Of a DNA stretch of 64,000 nucleotides, positions 11,901-24,190 are shown piece after piece. A program made the position numbers and the translations under genes. Location: the NCBI GenBank assembly GCA_973895155.1, contig OZ316898.1, forward strand, positions 12,113,187 to 12,177,186. The letters are read 5' to 3'. Below the pieces are notes generated by a model. It saw only the letters and a list, made by a program, of their open reading frames with translations. It made no database searches and was not told where the DNA came from. The stretch comes from Marsupella aquatica. Its lineage: Eukaryota; Plantae; Marchantiophyta. Position 1 is the stretch's first letter; each line of letters starts with the position of its first letter.

Positions 11901-14900
11901 CATTTCCGTTTTCTCACCTGCGGGCGGATTTGGGCTGCCGTTTGAACAGACGTATCAGACCAAGATATAACAAGTTACTACGTAGCAGAAATGAAAACAA
12001 AGAAATAAACGTGTATCGAATAGTTTAATTTAATTATGCAGAGTCGACTCTGTCTATTGAAGTGCTTAATGCTTTTCCGATATCTATTCCCAAATCTACA
12101 TACACTTTATCTATCTGGAAGGGAGAATAGGTATTACGATCACAATGAAGGGATTGTGCATGCAGCCAAAGTTGCAGGAGGATGTTCAATATTCAGAGAG
12201 TATGTCTCGATTTGGGACCTCAAAAGTTGAGCATCGTAGTCAAAGTGTGCACAATTGCTGTCAAACGAAGGAATGCCTAGTGGTCGAGTGGAATTCATTC
12301 TCCCTGTTGAGACATTTAGCCCGCATATGAGATCAGTGTAACACTAGAGACCGCGAAGATACAAATACGAAGGTGCCTTATTCGAATTCTAATGTGTCAC
12401 ATAAGACTGAGTGAAACGTCTTCAGACCGGGCTTCAGACATTCTGAAGAAATATTTGTCGATACCTGATGACTCCTGCAGATAGAGAAGCGCCCTCATGT
12501 CTGATGTCTCGGCGACATCAATTGGCCTCTGCTTCCTGTCGAACTCAGAACAGAATGTAACGAATCAGGGAGTATTTATTATTCAATTAGACTTTCGATC
12601 GTCCAAACTGACACTACAGAAATCCAAGCACAAATGTCTGCACTAATTTGAATTGGATGACATGAGCCAATTTTAAAGAAGCTAGTTGGACGGCGTCCAA
12701 TCTCACCCGCACCGTACATTATATTAATTGGACAATCAACATATTGAAAAACTCAAGCAGTTAAGTATTGATATCGCATTAGAATGCGTCATTTACAAAC
12801 ATTGCCAGTCAACCTCAGGTTTAGCACTTGACGACTGGCCCCGTGTTGGAGGAGCACCCGAACGCAGTCATAATGGTTTCCTTTCACTGCACAGAACAGG
12901 GGAGTCTCCTTTGTCTCTGCAGTAACGTCAACTGACGACGGCTCCACCGCTAGAAAAATCTGCAACCAGAAATTGAGGTATGTCTGAGTAAAATTTACCC
13001 AAGCACAAGGAGAGGTGTACAACGTATCCAATGATGGAACACTCCATTCACAACTTCCTTACTTGTAAAGCTTGTAAGTGACCTTGGCCAGCTGCGATAT
13101 GAACAGGTGTCAAACCTAGCCTGTTGCCCAATGTTACGGACGCGCCATGCCTCAGCAATATCAAAACAATCCTGTGAATAGAATACGAAACGACTAAATC
13201 ACGTATCAGTAGAAGCCTCTGGACTTCTAGATGAGCCCAGTAATCGACACCATCTAATTTACCAGGGGGAAAAACTTAGAACAGAAACGGGAAGGCTTTG
13301 AAGATCCATGCGTGAGCTAATCATCAACAACCTTCTATGTAGCTACAAAGACTTGTCAGCTATTCATGTACAACTTGAATGTGCTTTTCACCTTATATCT
13401 CTGGTAGTAGCTACAAAGACTTGTCAGCTATTCATGTACAACTTGAATGTGCTTTTCACCTTATATCTCTGGTATTAGCAGTTGCGCGCAAAGACCAGTG
13501 CAAGGCTGTATTGCCACCCGAGTCTGTCTCATTTACGTCCGCTTCGTGGTCAATCAATATACCAACAATATCTACATCCCCAGCCTGCATATGTTCATCG
13601 AATATTATCAGATATGCCCTGACGTCACTGGTCGTCGGTAGAATCTTAAGACCGCGCTAGCTACTAACTCATTTCTCCGTAGGATCTGGCTTAGTAAAAA
13701 TGTCGAGCGAATGTCGAGGACATAAGGGTCAAACTTTTTAAGCTGGCGACAATTTACGGCTGTTGACGAAATTCTAGCCGCATGCACAACTTACTGGAGA
13801 TGTTAGAGGAATGAAAGGTATATATAATTGAAACGAAACCTGTGCAGCGCGCAGCAAAGGGGAGGGAAGAGCTGACGTCGGGGGAGTCCGATGTCTATTA
13901 CCCCTACTCTGATCTTGATCTATGTACCAACGAAGAAACAATGCAAGCTCTTTCAAGAGATTCTGGCGACGATTGCTATATTTCGTATCTGACGGATGGC
14001 ACTCGTTGCTATTTATATCATGATCTTCAACTTGTTCCCCCGTCAATATTGCCTTCTTCAAAATAACATCGAACAATGTTCCGTCACCATGTTCGTCGCT
14101 ACTAAGCACATAAGTGCTGGTTATGGCGTCTCCCGCCACCGTAAGAAGCGCCGCGAATGCAATTATGTTGCCATGAACGATCAACCTAGATGCTAATCGA
14201 GCCAAATCTCGTGTGTGTTCGGCTAATATCTTTATCGCAGTGAGGTCCTGGGAGTCGAACATCAGTTGACAGCATCGAGTACGATATAGTGAGTAAGGTT
14301 GTACAGACAGGAATGAAAAACCCGGCTCCTCACAGGCAAGAAAATATTATAAATCTATTTCGAATTGATATCCGGAGGAAACATCCGGAATTCCAGTTGT
14401 GTACCAGCTGTTAAATATCAAATTGGCTATCTCGGTCATTGCCAAGAAGAATAGTTCGATCTGAAGCACAGGATATTTCTCGCGGTACCTTCTCGCGAAT
14501 TAACGTAAGGAGCACTGTAGTTTTGTCAGCAGGAGACCAGCTTATCTTCTGCATTCTGTTAATGAAGAACTTTTCAGATTTAGTCGAAATGAATGTAGCA
14601 TACAAAATGTCGCTAATGGAAATTTGTTAATTTAGCTGTCAAGATCCGATACAGATAGGTAAATTTTTACGTACTTCAATGTGCTTATGTGCAAATTCGA
14701 TCAACTCGATACGAGAAAATGAACTATTTCTGCAAGGCAATAGTGATGATCATCACTCTCGAGTAGCGATTTTTAATATGACGAACATTGATCGAAGACG
14801 ATAATAAAATCTGCTAGTATTGCATACCCCTCGCTTTGTAAAGCAATTTCTAGAGCTATGAGGCCATCGGGAGACTTGATGTCAGGCTTAGCACGCCGCT

Positions 14901-15527
14901 TCAGCAGCCATTCAATACACCGAACAGCATGTTGTTCTGCAGCATAGTGTAGAGCCGTTTTCCCCGAATCATCCAGGACATCTATTGACACTCCATCGAA
15001 GAGCGAGCTCAGAGAAGTTGTAGAGTCAAATTTGCATGACAATTGGAGAAGCCTACAGGTTTGCCATCATAAAATTTATGTTAATAGTTTTGTGAGAAAA
15101 GGAACCGTTACACTGGAAAGCATCAAACTCAGAGTCAGCAATCCAGATCATGTAGGATGGAACAGACCTGATCGATGTGATCCAAATCATTCAAAAAGAT
15201 TATCAGCGTCAAATGAAAACATGGAAAGTCCGCGTATGGTAGATGAGGAGACAGTTGGAATTCGTAGAACCTCGAGGTAGGCCTCTGTCGATCTTCTCCC
15301 GTCGCAGCGGAATCGACCTCATCGGAGGCAATTATTGCGGTGCTACAGACGTTCTCCGAAGCCGGCTCGGTCTCCGCTTCACGCTGCCCGTCGTGTTGTT
15401 GCTGCGGCATTGGCGATTTCTCTTCTGGCTGCTCCAACTGCTTGTCTCGTACCGGACCAGCATCCATCCGCTTGCTCTCCATGTCCGCCGGGGAAGCGCT
15501 TCGATCTCCAATGATGACGACCTCCAT
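8924..15527 (-). CDS. Multi-exon host gene: ankyrin repeats + CCCH zinc finger + RRM + LOTUS/OST-HTH + C-terminal C3HC4 RING (putative RNA-binding E3 ligase)
   Basis: ANK motifs GKTALHYAA (~14950), GNTALHWS (~13500), GLTPVHIAA (~13110), ETPLFCAVKGN (~12890). CCCH CRYFSMPGGCVRGDKCFYAH (~11840-11900). RNP2 KIFVGGL (~11470-11490) and RNP1 RGFGFVTF (~11230). LOTUS-like WYPLSSLKGDFRATCGLELDHLAMGYHKLSDFVRSIP (~10360-10470). RING CVYC..PCNHYALCAIC..CPVC (~8960-9090). GT-AG junctions with matching phase at 15271/15052 and around 13460/13170. The splice into the last exon(s) (9.2-9.5 kb) is uncertain. Confidence 0.9.
10916..10996. repeat. Intronic tandem duplication (2 x ~40 bp)
   Basis: GTCACACTCAAACAAAATTAGACAAGCGTATCAATAAGTG occurs twice in tandem. 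Confidence 0.9.
13339..13474. repeat. Tandem duplication (2 x 68 bp) spanning a 5' splice site of the ANK gene
   Basis: GTAGCTACAAAGAC...TTATATCTCTGGTA occurs twice. Minus strand contains GATATAAG|GTGAAA in each copy. Confidence 0.9.
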
Positions 15528-16854
15528 TCGAAGGAACGCCTCGAGTTCTCTCCCTCGCCCCGTCCAAAAATCTGTAGAAGCGGAGGCGCGCGCTCTCCTC
15601 CGCCTTCCTTCACGACGACGACGGAGCTAGCACAAGGCATCACCGTAGACTCCTACAACGCCCTTTTACCCAGTGGACGTCTCCTCGCGCAATCCGATAC
15701 GTCGACGGCGCGACAGTCCCGCAGTTCCGCGTCCTCTGGCTCTGCGTCTCGCCCTTCGACTGCAGAACCACCGTTGCGCTCTAGGCGCGGCGAACAATTC
15801 AAATTGCCCACAGGCCAAGCGCTCCAAAAGTTGTCAATCCCTGGCTTGCTCCTAACACCAAAGCAAAGTAATTAGCTTAAAGTAAATCTTTTTCCTTTGG
15901 GACCATGTCTCCAGGGTTTGGAATTCCTGTTTTTTTGACAGTGTGATATATACTGTAATGTTATTTTAGTCCCCTCAAAAAATAATTAATTGGCAACCAG
16001 ATTTGAGATTTATTGCAAATGTTTTGGTATATGAAGTCCTGATGGATAGAGGGGTTTGTTCTGCCGATCTCATAGACTGCAAAAAGACATGTCAATGCAT
16101 ATCGATAAAATAAAGTCGCTATTTTCTTTTGCAAGGACGGTTTACTTTTGCTAATGAGGCCTTGGGTAGTTGTTTAGAGACACTCGAGCCAGCTGCATGT
16201 CAACTGTTTATTTTTGGCAAACTTGTGCTGTACAACTGTTGGATTTTTTAATCTCAAGCGTTTCCAGCATGTTCTTCCATGTTCAATCTATTATCTCACA
16301 AAGCTTGAGATTTTCTGAGATCATTTACTCCATTTTTTACAAGAGCAAAAATGGTCAAATATTTATGAACCAACTGCCAGCTTTTGTAAGCACACCCTGA
16401 TTGCATTCTTGTACTCTTTATGTACTCGATCTGATGTACATAAATTCACCACAATTGTAGGCTGGGTTTCTGTGCTCGATCTGAGTGGTGTACATAAATT
16501 CACTTTACATAGTAAGGTCAATTCCAGTTTTAATTTCGGACCCCCATGGGAAGTTCCTTCCAAAATCCCTAGCACCACGTTGAGCCACCTCACCAGGAAT
16601 GGTCACAAACAAGAAAATCTAGATGTGAAAGAAGAACAAAACCTGATTGTTTGTGTTTGTGACAAGGCAATAAAAAACTGTCAATCCCAATAACTGTAAA
16701 AATGATTTAAAAAATTGAAGAGTAAAGTTGAAACAAACAAAGAATGAGGTAAAGAGTAATTGACATTTGGAAGTTCTAGAATTGATATATCAGTGTTTTG
16801 CATTGAATGTTAGATTTTTTGAATTTCCAAAGATTTTTAAATAGACACTGCTAG

Positions 16855-16990
16855 AGGAAGTAGAAACAAACTGTTGGGCTTCCAAGGTTTTGTAATAAGT
16901 ATTTGGTGAAGTAAAAACAAACAGTTGGGTTTCCAAAGTTTTGTAATAAATATTTGATAAAGTAAAAACAAACTGTTGGGTTTCCAAGTG
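16855..16990. repeat. Tandem repeat, ~3 x 51 bp
   Basis: AGTAAAAACAAACTGTTGGGTTTCCAA..TTTTGTAATAA units. Confidence 0.8.
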
Positions 16991-18418
16991 GTAACCGCAG
17001 TTGTAGATGGTATGTTTTAGATGATTTGAGATGACAAAGGGAATGGCTTGATGACTTGAGATAACATGACAAAGCTAATGGCTACCCTTATACTCTTAGA
17101 TCTGGCAATTTGGCCTCTCACACAAGCCAGTTTTTGGTGAATTTAGTAGGAATATTAAATATCCCTCCTGTAAGTTACAAACAAATCCTGCTTACATTAT
17201 TTGGCAATTCCTCCTACTAACAGATAGAGCAGGCAAATTTCTAACAGGTCGGGAAACCCTTAAACCACAGCTGCAGGTATATATACCTGTAGCTCTCATT
17301 TCCACTATGAATGAAGGGATGGCCAAGAGTGTTCTTACATTGATCCAATTTGTTGAATGTATTAAGGTTTATCTATCTCAGGGGGTCCTCGAACTAATTT
17401 TTAATTTCAATCTCCAATTTATTGTGGATTGGGGGAACCAGCAGGCATGTCTGGGAAAAAGACTGGAAAAGGACTCAGAGAGAGAACTGTGACAAGGGCA
17501 CACTAACCACTAATAAGCAGAGCAGCCCTGCCAACCCAGATCATTACCAAAACCTGTCTCATCTAGATCTTCACCACTCAGCCATAATCCTCACCATCAG
17601 CAAAATGACCACCTACAGTATCTCAGTAGCATGCTTCACAGAGAAAATGGGCCAACCTAGCCTAACAATCAATATCCATTATTCACTCCAATCGTGCCAT
17701 CCTTCTAGTTGGACCGGTCAGCCAAAGGGCCATAGTTGTAAAACTCATCAAACTGCATGTGAGGCCTTCAGTGCTTAGCTGAACCGTAAATTAGGAACCA
17801 AGAACCAAGTAGAATCAGTCAAGATCTTTTTGCTTCTAGCACCTAGTCTTGCCTGACAGTTAGATTTTGAAAGTTTCAACAGACACCTGAGCTTCAGGCT
17901 AGGAGAGTAATTGGTGGATTGTGTTTTGAGGTTTGACTTTGTGGGCTGGATCATGAGTACTGTTTGGTAACTCACTTGAGTTGAGACATAGGTTTTGAGT
18001 TCAAATATTGTGGCTTACTATTCCCTTTGTATGGGGTTTCACAGATTTCCCCTTAAAATATTTTAAAAATCAAATTAGAAAAAAGAGTTTTGGGTTACCC
18101 AAAGCTCTATTATACAGTGCACACTATTCAATTTCACTAGGAATGGACTTGGGCTTCACTTTTATGGAGAATACACTGTTCACCAGGGGCAGGAATAAGC
18201 ACAACCTAGCATGGAATTGGGGTCCTATTATATGGGCAGGTGTGCAGGTGTGGTTGAAGCATAAGGTGGTCACCGAGCTACAGATCTACAAATTAAGCAT
18301 GTACTAACTAGTGAAACCAGCACCAGTTGCTCGGAAAGCCAACTCTTTGAATATAGTTACTTAATTAAACCTGGGAGTGTAGCATAATTACATGGACTTA
18401 ATATCATGTGTCCATACT

Positions 18419-19225
18419 GCTATATGGTGAATGCACATATCAGATTTTGTCTTATTCAGATTTTTGTGTCATGTAGTTTCATTTCAATCTGCCTTATCAA
18501 GGGGCAGCTCGGGGGTCTCACTATATGGGGACCTCCCCATCGCCTGCGACGTTTTTAGGCCTCGGACCCCCTAAAATGTAAGAATTTTTTAAAATTTTTT
18601 AACCCCTATAAAGTTGGAATATTTTTGGAATATTCTAAAAATTGGATTAAAAAGACACTAATGTTCTTATAAGTCTCAAAATTGAATTTAAAAGACCCTA
18701 TTGTTCTTCTACAAAAATTCTTAAGTCTTCCCTTAGAACCAATAAAATGACCCTATCCTTCGTCGCACGTGATATGCCATTTTTGTGGAAGTGAAACCCC
18801 CGAGAGGGGCAGCCTTTGTATTCTATACATTTTTAATTAAATTTTTAGCCTTTGTATTCTAGAGTGTTTTGAACTTATTTTGGCAACCCCCTTTCACAGG
18901 ATGTGTTTTCTTAGAGATGAAACCAAAGGCTCCACCATCACGAGTGAGAGAAATAATGATGCTGAAGAACATGAATGCATAGCCTCTTAAGTTCTCATGT
19001 TTTTCTTTCCTAAGTTTATGGTTTTTATTGAAAAGAGTGTCATTCATAAGGCACCCTGAGTTAGTGCACACATCTTAGCATAGTTTGACTGTACCTTTTC
19101 TTGGTCATTGTGCTTTTCTTGGCAGACACTTTACTTATATAACAGCACTTCTATGCTCTCATATTTTATTTACTTTCAGATCACTACAAGACACAAAATA
19201 AAACATGTTCCAGGATGAGCATGCT
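18419..19225. mobile_element. Second copy of the hairpin-ended element, interrupted by a MITE
   Basis: Same start and end as 7385-8202. Perfect 18-bp flanking direct repeat ATATCATGTGTCCATACT at 18401-18418 and 19226-19243. Confidence 0.75.
18508..18804 (+). mobile_element. MITE (CTCGGGGGT family), 297 bp
   Basis: TIR CTCGGGGGTYTCACT. Perfect TSD AGGGGCAG (18500-18507, 18805-18812). The empty site is visible in the paralogue at ~7465 (CAAGGGGCATCCTTTGTA). Confidence 0.95.
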
Positions 19226-20896
19226 ATATCATGTGTCCATACTTGATTAGACATGTGACTTTCTTATTCCGGTGTTACCTGAGTTCTGTACATGATACTA
19301 ATCAAGTTATTTGTCTTATTGACAATTTGTTTTAATTTGAGAGTTGGAGGAGTTTCAATTTGCGTTTGACAAACTGTATATTGTTTGTATCTCCACCTTT
19401 TAATATTTTTAATTTTTTTGGTCAACCTTGACCAGCTCTCGAGCTCTACTTGGAGCTCTATGTTTTTTTTCTACCCCCTATACTTTATTATGGTATGTTT
19501 TCATTCATATCTCATTTCCTCACAGTCACCATCTCTTCCTAGTAGTGTGAAACAGAGAAACCTCAAGGTAAACCAGGTCCCTCCCCTTCTAATAACACCT
19601 CACAATTTTCCTTCCTAGATTTTTATGGTTTTCAGTGACTTACATGTCACTAGCATTATGTGAGAAGTATAAGAAAGGCCCACCAGTTGTTTGAAAGGGA
19701 TTCAAAATAGTTTAAAAGCCAAAGAATTGTCCATTAGAAAAATGACATGTAATGACATTTGAAATGTGGAGTCAAGACTTTGTGATTCAATGAGCAGTGA
19801 GGAGAGGGCACAAGTACCAAGTTGTCTAAAACTAATCATTCCAACTCTAAAAACGAATCATTAACAATTCTTCTTGACATCATAATATTTCTGGGCGGGG
19901 AACACTTACAAGAAAAGCTACTCTACGTACTTTGTTATGGGGGATTCTCATTATCTTAAAGAAAACTGTTTTGCTGATTTTTCCCGTTACAATAGTAGGA
20001 AAATCTTTCTAATACCATTTGGGAAGGTTGCTTAAAGTTGGAGCAGCCCTATTGCAATTGACAGGTTCTAGAAGTTCATGATATCTGCGTACAGTCCTAG
20101 TAATTGTGAATTACTTACTCTTAGGTTTTTCCTTTCATTAACTTACTACAGAAAGAGTGCACATCACACAAGGCCAGGAGAAGCAAGTGGGATTCTCATA
20201 GTTTCTTGAAGCAAATTAAAACGGTCAAAATCATTCTGCGAGTGACTGATTCATGAGCTTGACTGGGTCTTAGTTAGAGTACTCTGCATAGTTACTCAGC
20301 ATCCTTAGTTATTTATTTAATGAAGCCTGCCTGGGGCCAATACCTTTGGGTTCCCAATGTGTCTTTGGGTCGTGCTTAGTAGCAGGTTGACGGTTACGGG
20401 AAAACGTACCCCAAAAGTACCGACTAAACATCATACCTGGCAAGTAATTATCAACCTTAACACTTGAATGTCAACATCTTTCATGATAAATCTGACAGAA
20501 AATACTATTACCGCCTATGCTGTCAGATGCACACAAATATATTGTTGGAATCATGAGAGAGAGAGATCAAAACTTAGTCCTTACAAAGTGAGAACATGCT
20601 TTAAAAGGCCCTCTATGAATGTTTGTCAAGCCCACATGAGAGTTGACTTGACAACATTCAAAAGGGTCTTTTGAAGCAACCACGCTCTCACACTGAAGAG
20701 AAGATTGAAGAAACAAGTTAAGAAGAAGCTGCTCCACTATCACTGTCATCCGTCAAAGTGGTCATTTGACTAATCGTAGATGGTAACACTTGATTAATTG
20801 TAGATGGTGTGCAAACTATATGAGTCCATCACGCTCACGCTCGAATTTTAACTGCTTGAAATGTAATACATGATTACTGTAACGAATTTTATGACG

Positions 20897-21044
20897 CACT
20901 AAGAGTTAAACAGAAAGAAGAGTTCAGTTCTTTAGCAGGTTGGAAACATGATGTTCTTCACATTTTGGCACTAAGAGTTAAACTGAAAGTCAGAAGAGCT
21001 TCAGTTCTTTAGCAGATTGGAAACATGATGTTCTTCACATTTTG
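20897..21044. repeat. Tandem duplication (2 x ~72 bp)
   Basis: GCACTAAGAGTTAAAC..TCAGTTCTTTAGCAG..TTGGAAACATGATGTTCTTCACATTTTG occurs twice. Confidence 0.8.
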
Positions 21045-22729
21045 AGAGGTTTCAAGGGATTTTGAAGGGGACATGGTGTTTTGTTTCGAGCTGATTGTCT
21101 CTCAAGATTGCGTCCAAGGCATAAATTAAACTGCAGTCGAGTAAACATAGAACCCTTAGTTAACTTCACAGTTTGCATTGTGCAGGTCGGTGCCAATAAT
21201 TTTCAATTTTGGTACAATTTCAGAAGCCCATAGTTACCTTTCATCTAATCATGATTGTCCGACTTCTTGCATTCTCTGATGATTCTATCATCCACTTGAT
21301 CGAGGATCTCAATGATTGAGAATTCATAAAAATAAAGTAGGTACTCGAAATCGTAAGGAACGATGTAGCAATGCTTTGAACGGCATCTAGATAGATCCAT
21401 TTCAAAAGCCGCCAGTAACTGATTATCAAGTAGCGATGCAAGATTAAGATGAAACATGAAATGTCTACTGTAACCATAGACTCGTTTTTTGAATCGTAGG
21501 TTACTGGTCAGATCTCAAAGATAGATACTTTAATTTCGTTGGAATTCCAAACACATCCAATCGGTAGGATAACGACATAGTTACCACAATGTTCTAGTCA
21601 GGAATCGCTGCTGTATCCTGTAGCCCGTTCTCAGTTTTCTCGACTTTGATTTCGTCAGTGATCTAACAAAACCTTTGAATTGCAATTCCTACCTGGGGTC
21701 AAGAGTTCCGAAGAGTATGAAGAAATTCCCAACAGGCTCTGTTATTGAATCGTGTTGACGCAGTTTGAGTTGCCACATGAACAATGAACTGGAGAAATAG
21801 CGAGTACCTTAATGCAGCAATTCTACAAATTTATTCTATATAATAGCGACGTGCACCTCCACACAGTCATGTTTTCGACATGACCTTGCATGCCCATATT
21901 ATCTTGAAATGCAGTTCAAAATGTTACCCACAAGTATAAAATGCCCGATGAAATGCACAACTGCCAGCCACGTTTATGAAACTGAACTCAAACTGACAGG
22001 ATCAGGGCGATTATCGCCAGAAAGACGTACGTTACAACGCACTCTGGAAAATGAATACAAAATTTCGAGACTAGGATGTTTAATGGACAGCAAAGATGAG
22101 ATTACATACCGTCCATAGGATGTGAACAGGTACGTTGAAGGCGGCCTTCGTAGTTAGTAGATCTCATGGACAAGCACGATAACTAATCATCGACGGAGGA
22201 CCCAATTCTGACTATCTGCAGCGAGTCCGACCTGGTGTTCGTCATCGTGAACTCACCTCCTCGACAATACCAGCGCTCCCTGGCGCAGGGCCCAGATACT
22301 GATCGAATCCATTGATGTACACAACCATATCATTCCTGGATAAGTGGATTGGCTTTTATTGCAGCAAATACATATGTTATATAACTACACTCTGTCGTTC
22401 AGTTGTACAAATCTTTTGTTAGTGGGTGGCAGAAATAACTATGTCTAGCCTATTTCCCGAAACTGGAACCAATTCTGTGCAGGTAATTATACATTACTAC
22501 GGCCAATGCTCAGAACAGATGAATTTAAGGTCCGGCCAAGGTAAACTGTAAAGCCAAGTACTTTAGAGCTCACCCGATCCTCAACCGTGCCTCAACCGTG
22601 CTACTGTGGTTAATCAATTACAGTTCTAGTTTCACCAAAGGCTAGCTTCAGAGATAGCAACATAACAACATCTTCGCCAATTAATATTGAAGTGTAGATT
22701 AGCCTATGTGACTTCTAACTAAAATTAGA

Positions 22730-23360
22730 ATGTATATAAACGTTAAATTTTTTATTAAAATTAAAATTTAATTAAAAAAAATTCAAATCAAAACTAATTT
22801 TTATAATAAAGATTAATAAAGTGAGAAATATATTATTAAAATATTTTATAATTATATATTTTATTTTTCTTAAATATTTTATTTTGAAAATAAAATTACT
22901 AATAAAAATAATAAAATATTTTTAAATTTTTATTTAATTAAATATTATAATTTTAATAATAATAAATTTTAAAAATGTTAAAATATATAAAAACAAAATA
23001 TAACTAAATTTTATAATTTTATTATCAAAAATAAATAAAATAATAAAGATAAAAATAAATATTTATAAAATAATTAATTTATATATTTTTCACTATTTCA
23101 ATCTTCATTATACAAGTTAGATTTAATAAATAATAAAAATAATTATTTTATGTATTGATAATATTTAGAGTAAAATATCATAGATTATTTAAAATAAATA
23201 TTTCTTAATTTGAGAAATGATATTTATTCTTCAATAAAATAATATTAATTTATATATATATGATAAAAGATATTAAATTATTTTTCCATAAAATGATATA
23301 TATTTATATGTAGAATAAGAGATATTAAATTAAGTGATTAAAAAAAATATATACCAGTTT
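22730..23360. other. Extremely AT-rich low-complexity island
   Basis: Almost only A/T over ~630 bp, with abrupt borders against mixed-composition flanks. Confidence 0.85.
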
Positions 23361-23499
23361 GATAAATAATCTCTCCTATAATTTCATAAAAAATTCCAAA
23401 CTTATATGTAGAGCAAAAAATGTTAAACAAACCTCAAGAGATCTACAAAAGATGTTAAACAAACTTCAAGAGAATAGATATCTTCGGCTGACTAATAAT

Positions 23500-24190
23500 C
23501 ACAATGGTTGCTTCATAGTATATAGGCCGCCTGCAGAGCTAACTAAGGATAGTACATGATCTTAAGAAAATGAAAACCTCCAACAAAAAGTGATTGCTTC
23601 ATAATATATATAGGCATGCAGAGCTAACTAAGGATGCAATATGATCTGAAGATAATGAAAACCTCTAGCAGAATGAACAGGCCATGGAGCAAAGGAACTA
23701 ACAGAAACGAATGAAGAACCACAGTTCATAATCGACTACCATGATCTGAAGAAAATGAAAACCTCCAACAAAAAATGGTTGCTTCATAATATATAGACAT
23801 GCAGAGCTAACTAAGGATGCAACATGATCTGAAGATAATGAAAACCTCTAGCAGAATGAACAGGCCATGGAGCAACTAACAGAAACGAATGAAGAACCAC
23901 AGTTCATAATCGACTACCTAGGAGACCAGGAGACTAGCTAAAGAATAAGACATCAAACTCTGGGACCGGGTGTCTAATGTAATTAAGTACGGACTTCTAT
24001 CTAATCTGTTTTCATATGTCAAATTATGGAAATGGTTGTTGTGGATCACTCAATTATCGATGTCAACACGCCCCTTGAACTCTAGCTTCTAATAGTAACA
24101 GTAAATTACGACAAACTCACTCAATTATCGATGTCAACACGCCGCTTGAACTCTAGCTTCTAACAGTAAAAGTAAATTACGACAAACTCA
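23500..24190. repeat. Local tandem duplications (~185-bp unit at ~23555-23920; ~71-bp unit at ~24047-24190)
   Basis: Repeated GCAGAGCTAACTAAGGAT..ATGATCTGAAGA..ATGAAAACCTC blocks, and CACTCAATTATCGATGTCAACACGCC..GACAAACTCA twice. Confidence 0.8.

Noticed and set aside
15243-15875. 210-aa plus-strand ORF and neighbouring short ORFs
   Set aside because: GC-rich antisense shadow of exon 1 and the 5' UTR of the ankyrin gene.
6783-19200. CACTACAAGA motifs (6783, ~8152, ~19182) as CACTA transposon ends
   Set aside because: They lie ~45 bp inside the end of the hairpin-ended repeat and point outwards. No inverted partner or 3-bp TSD was found.
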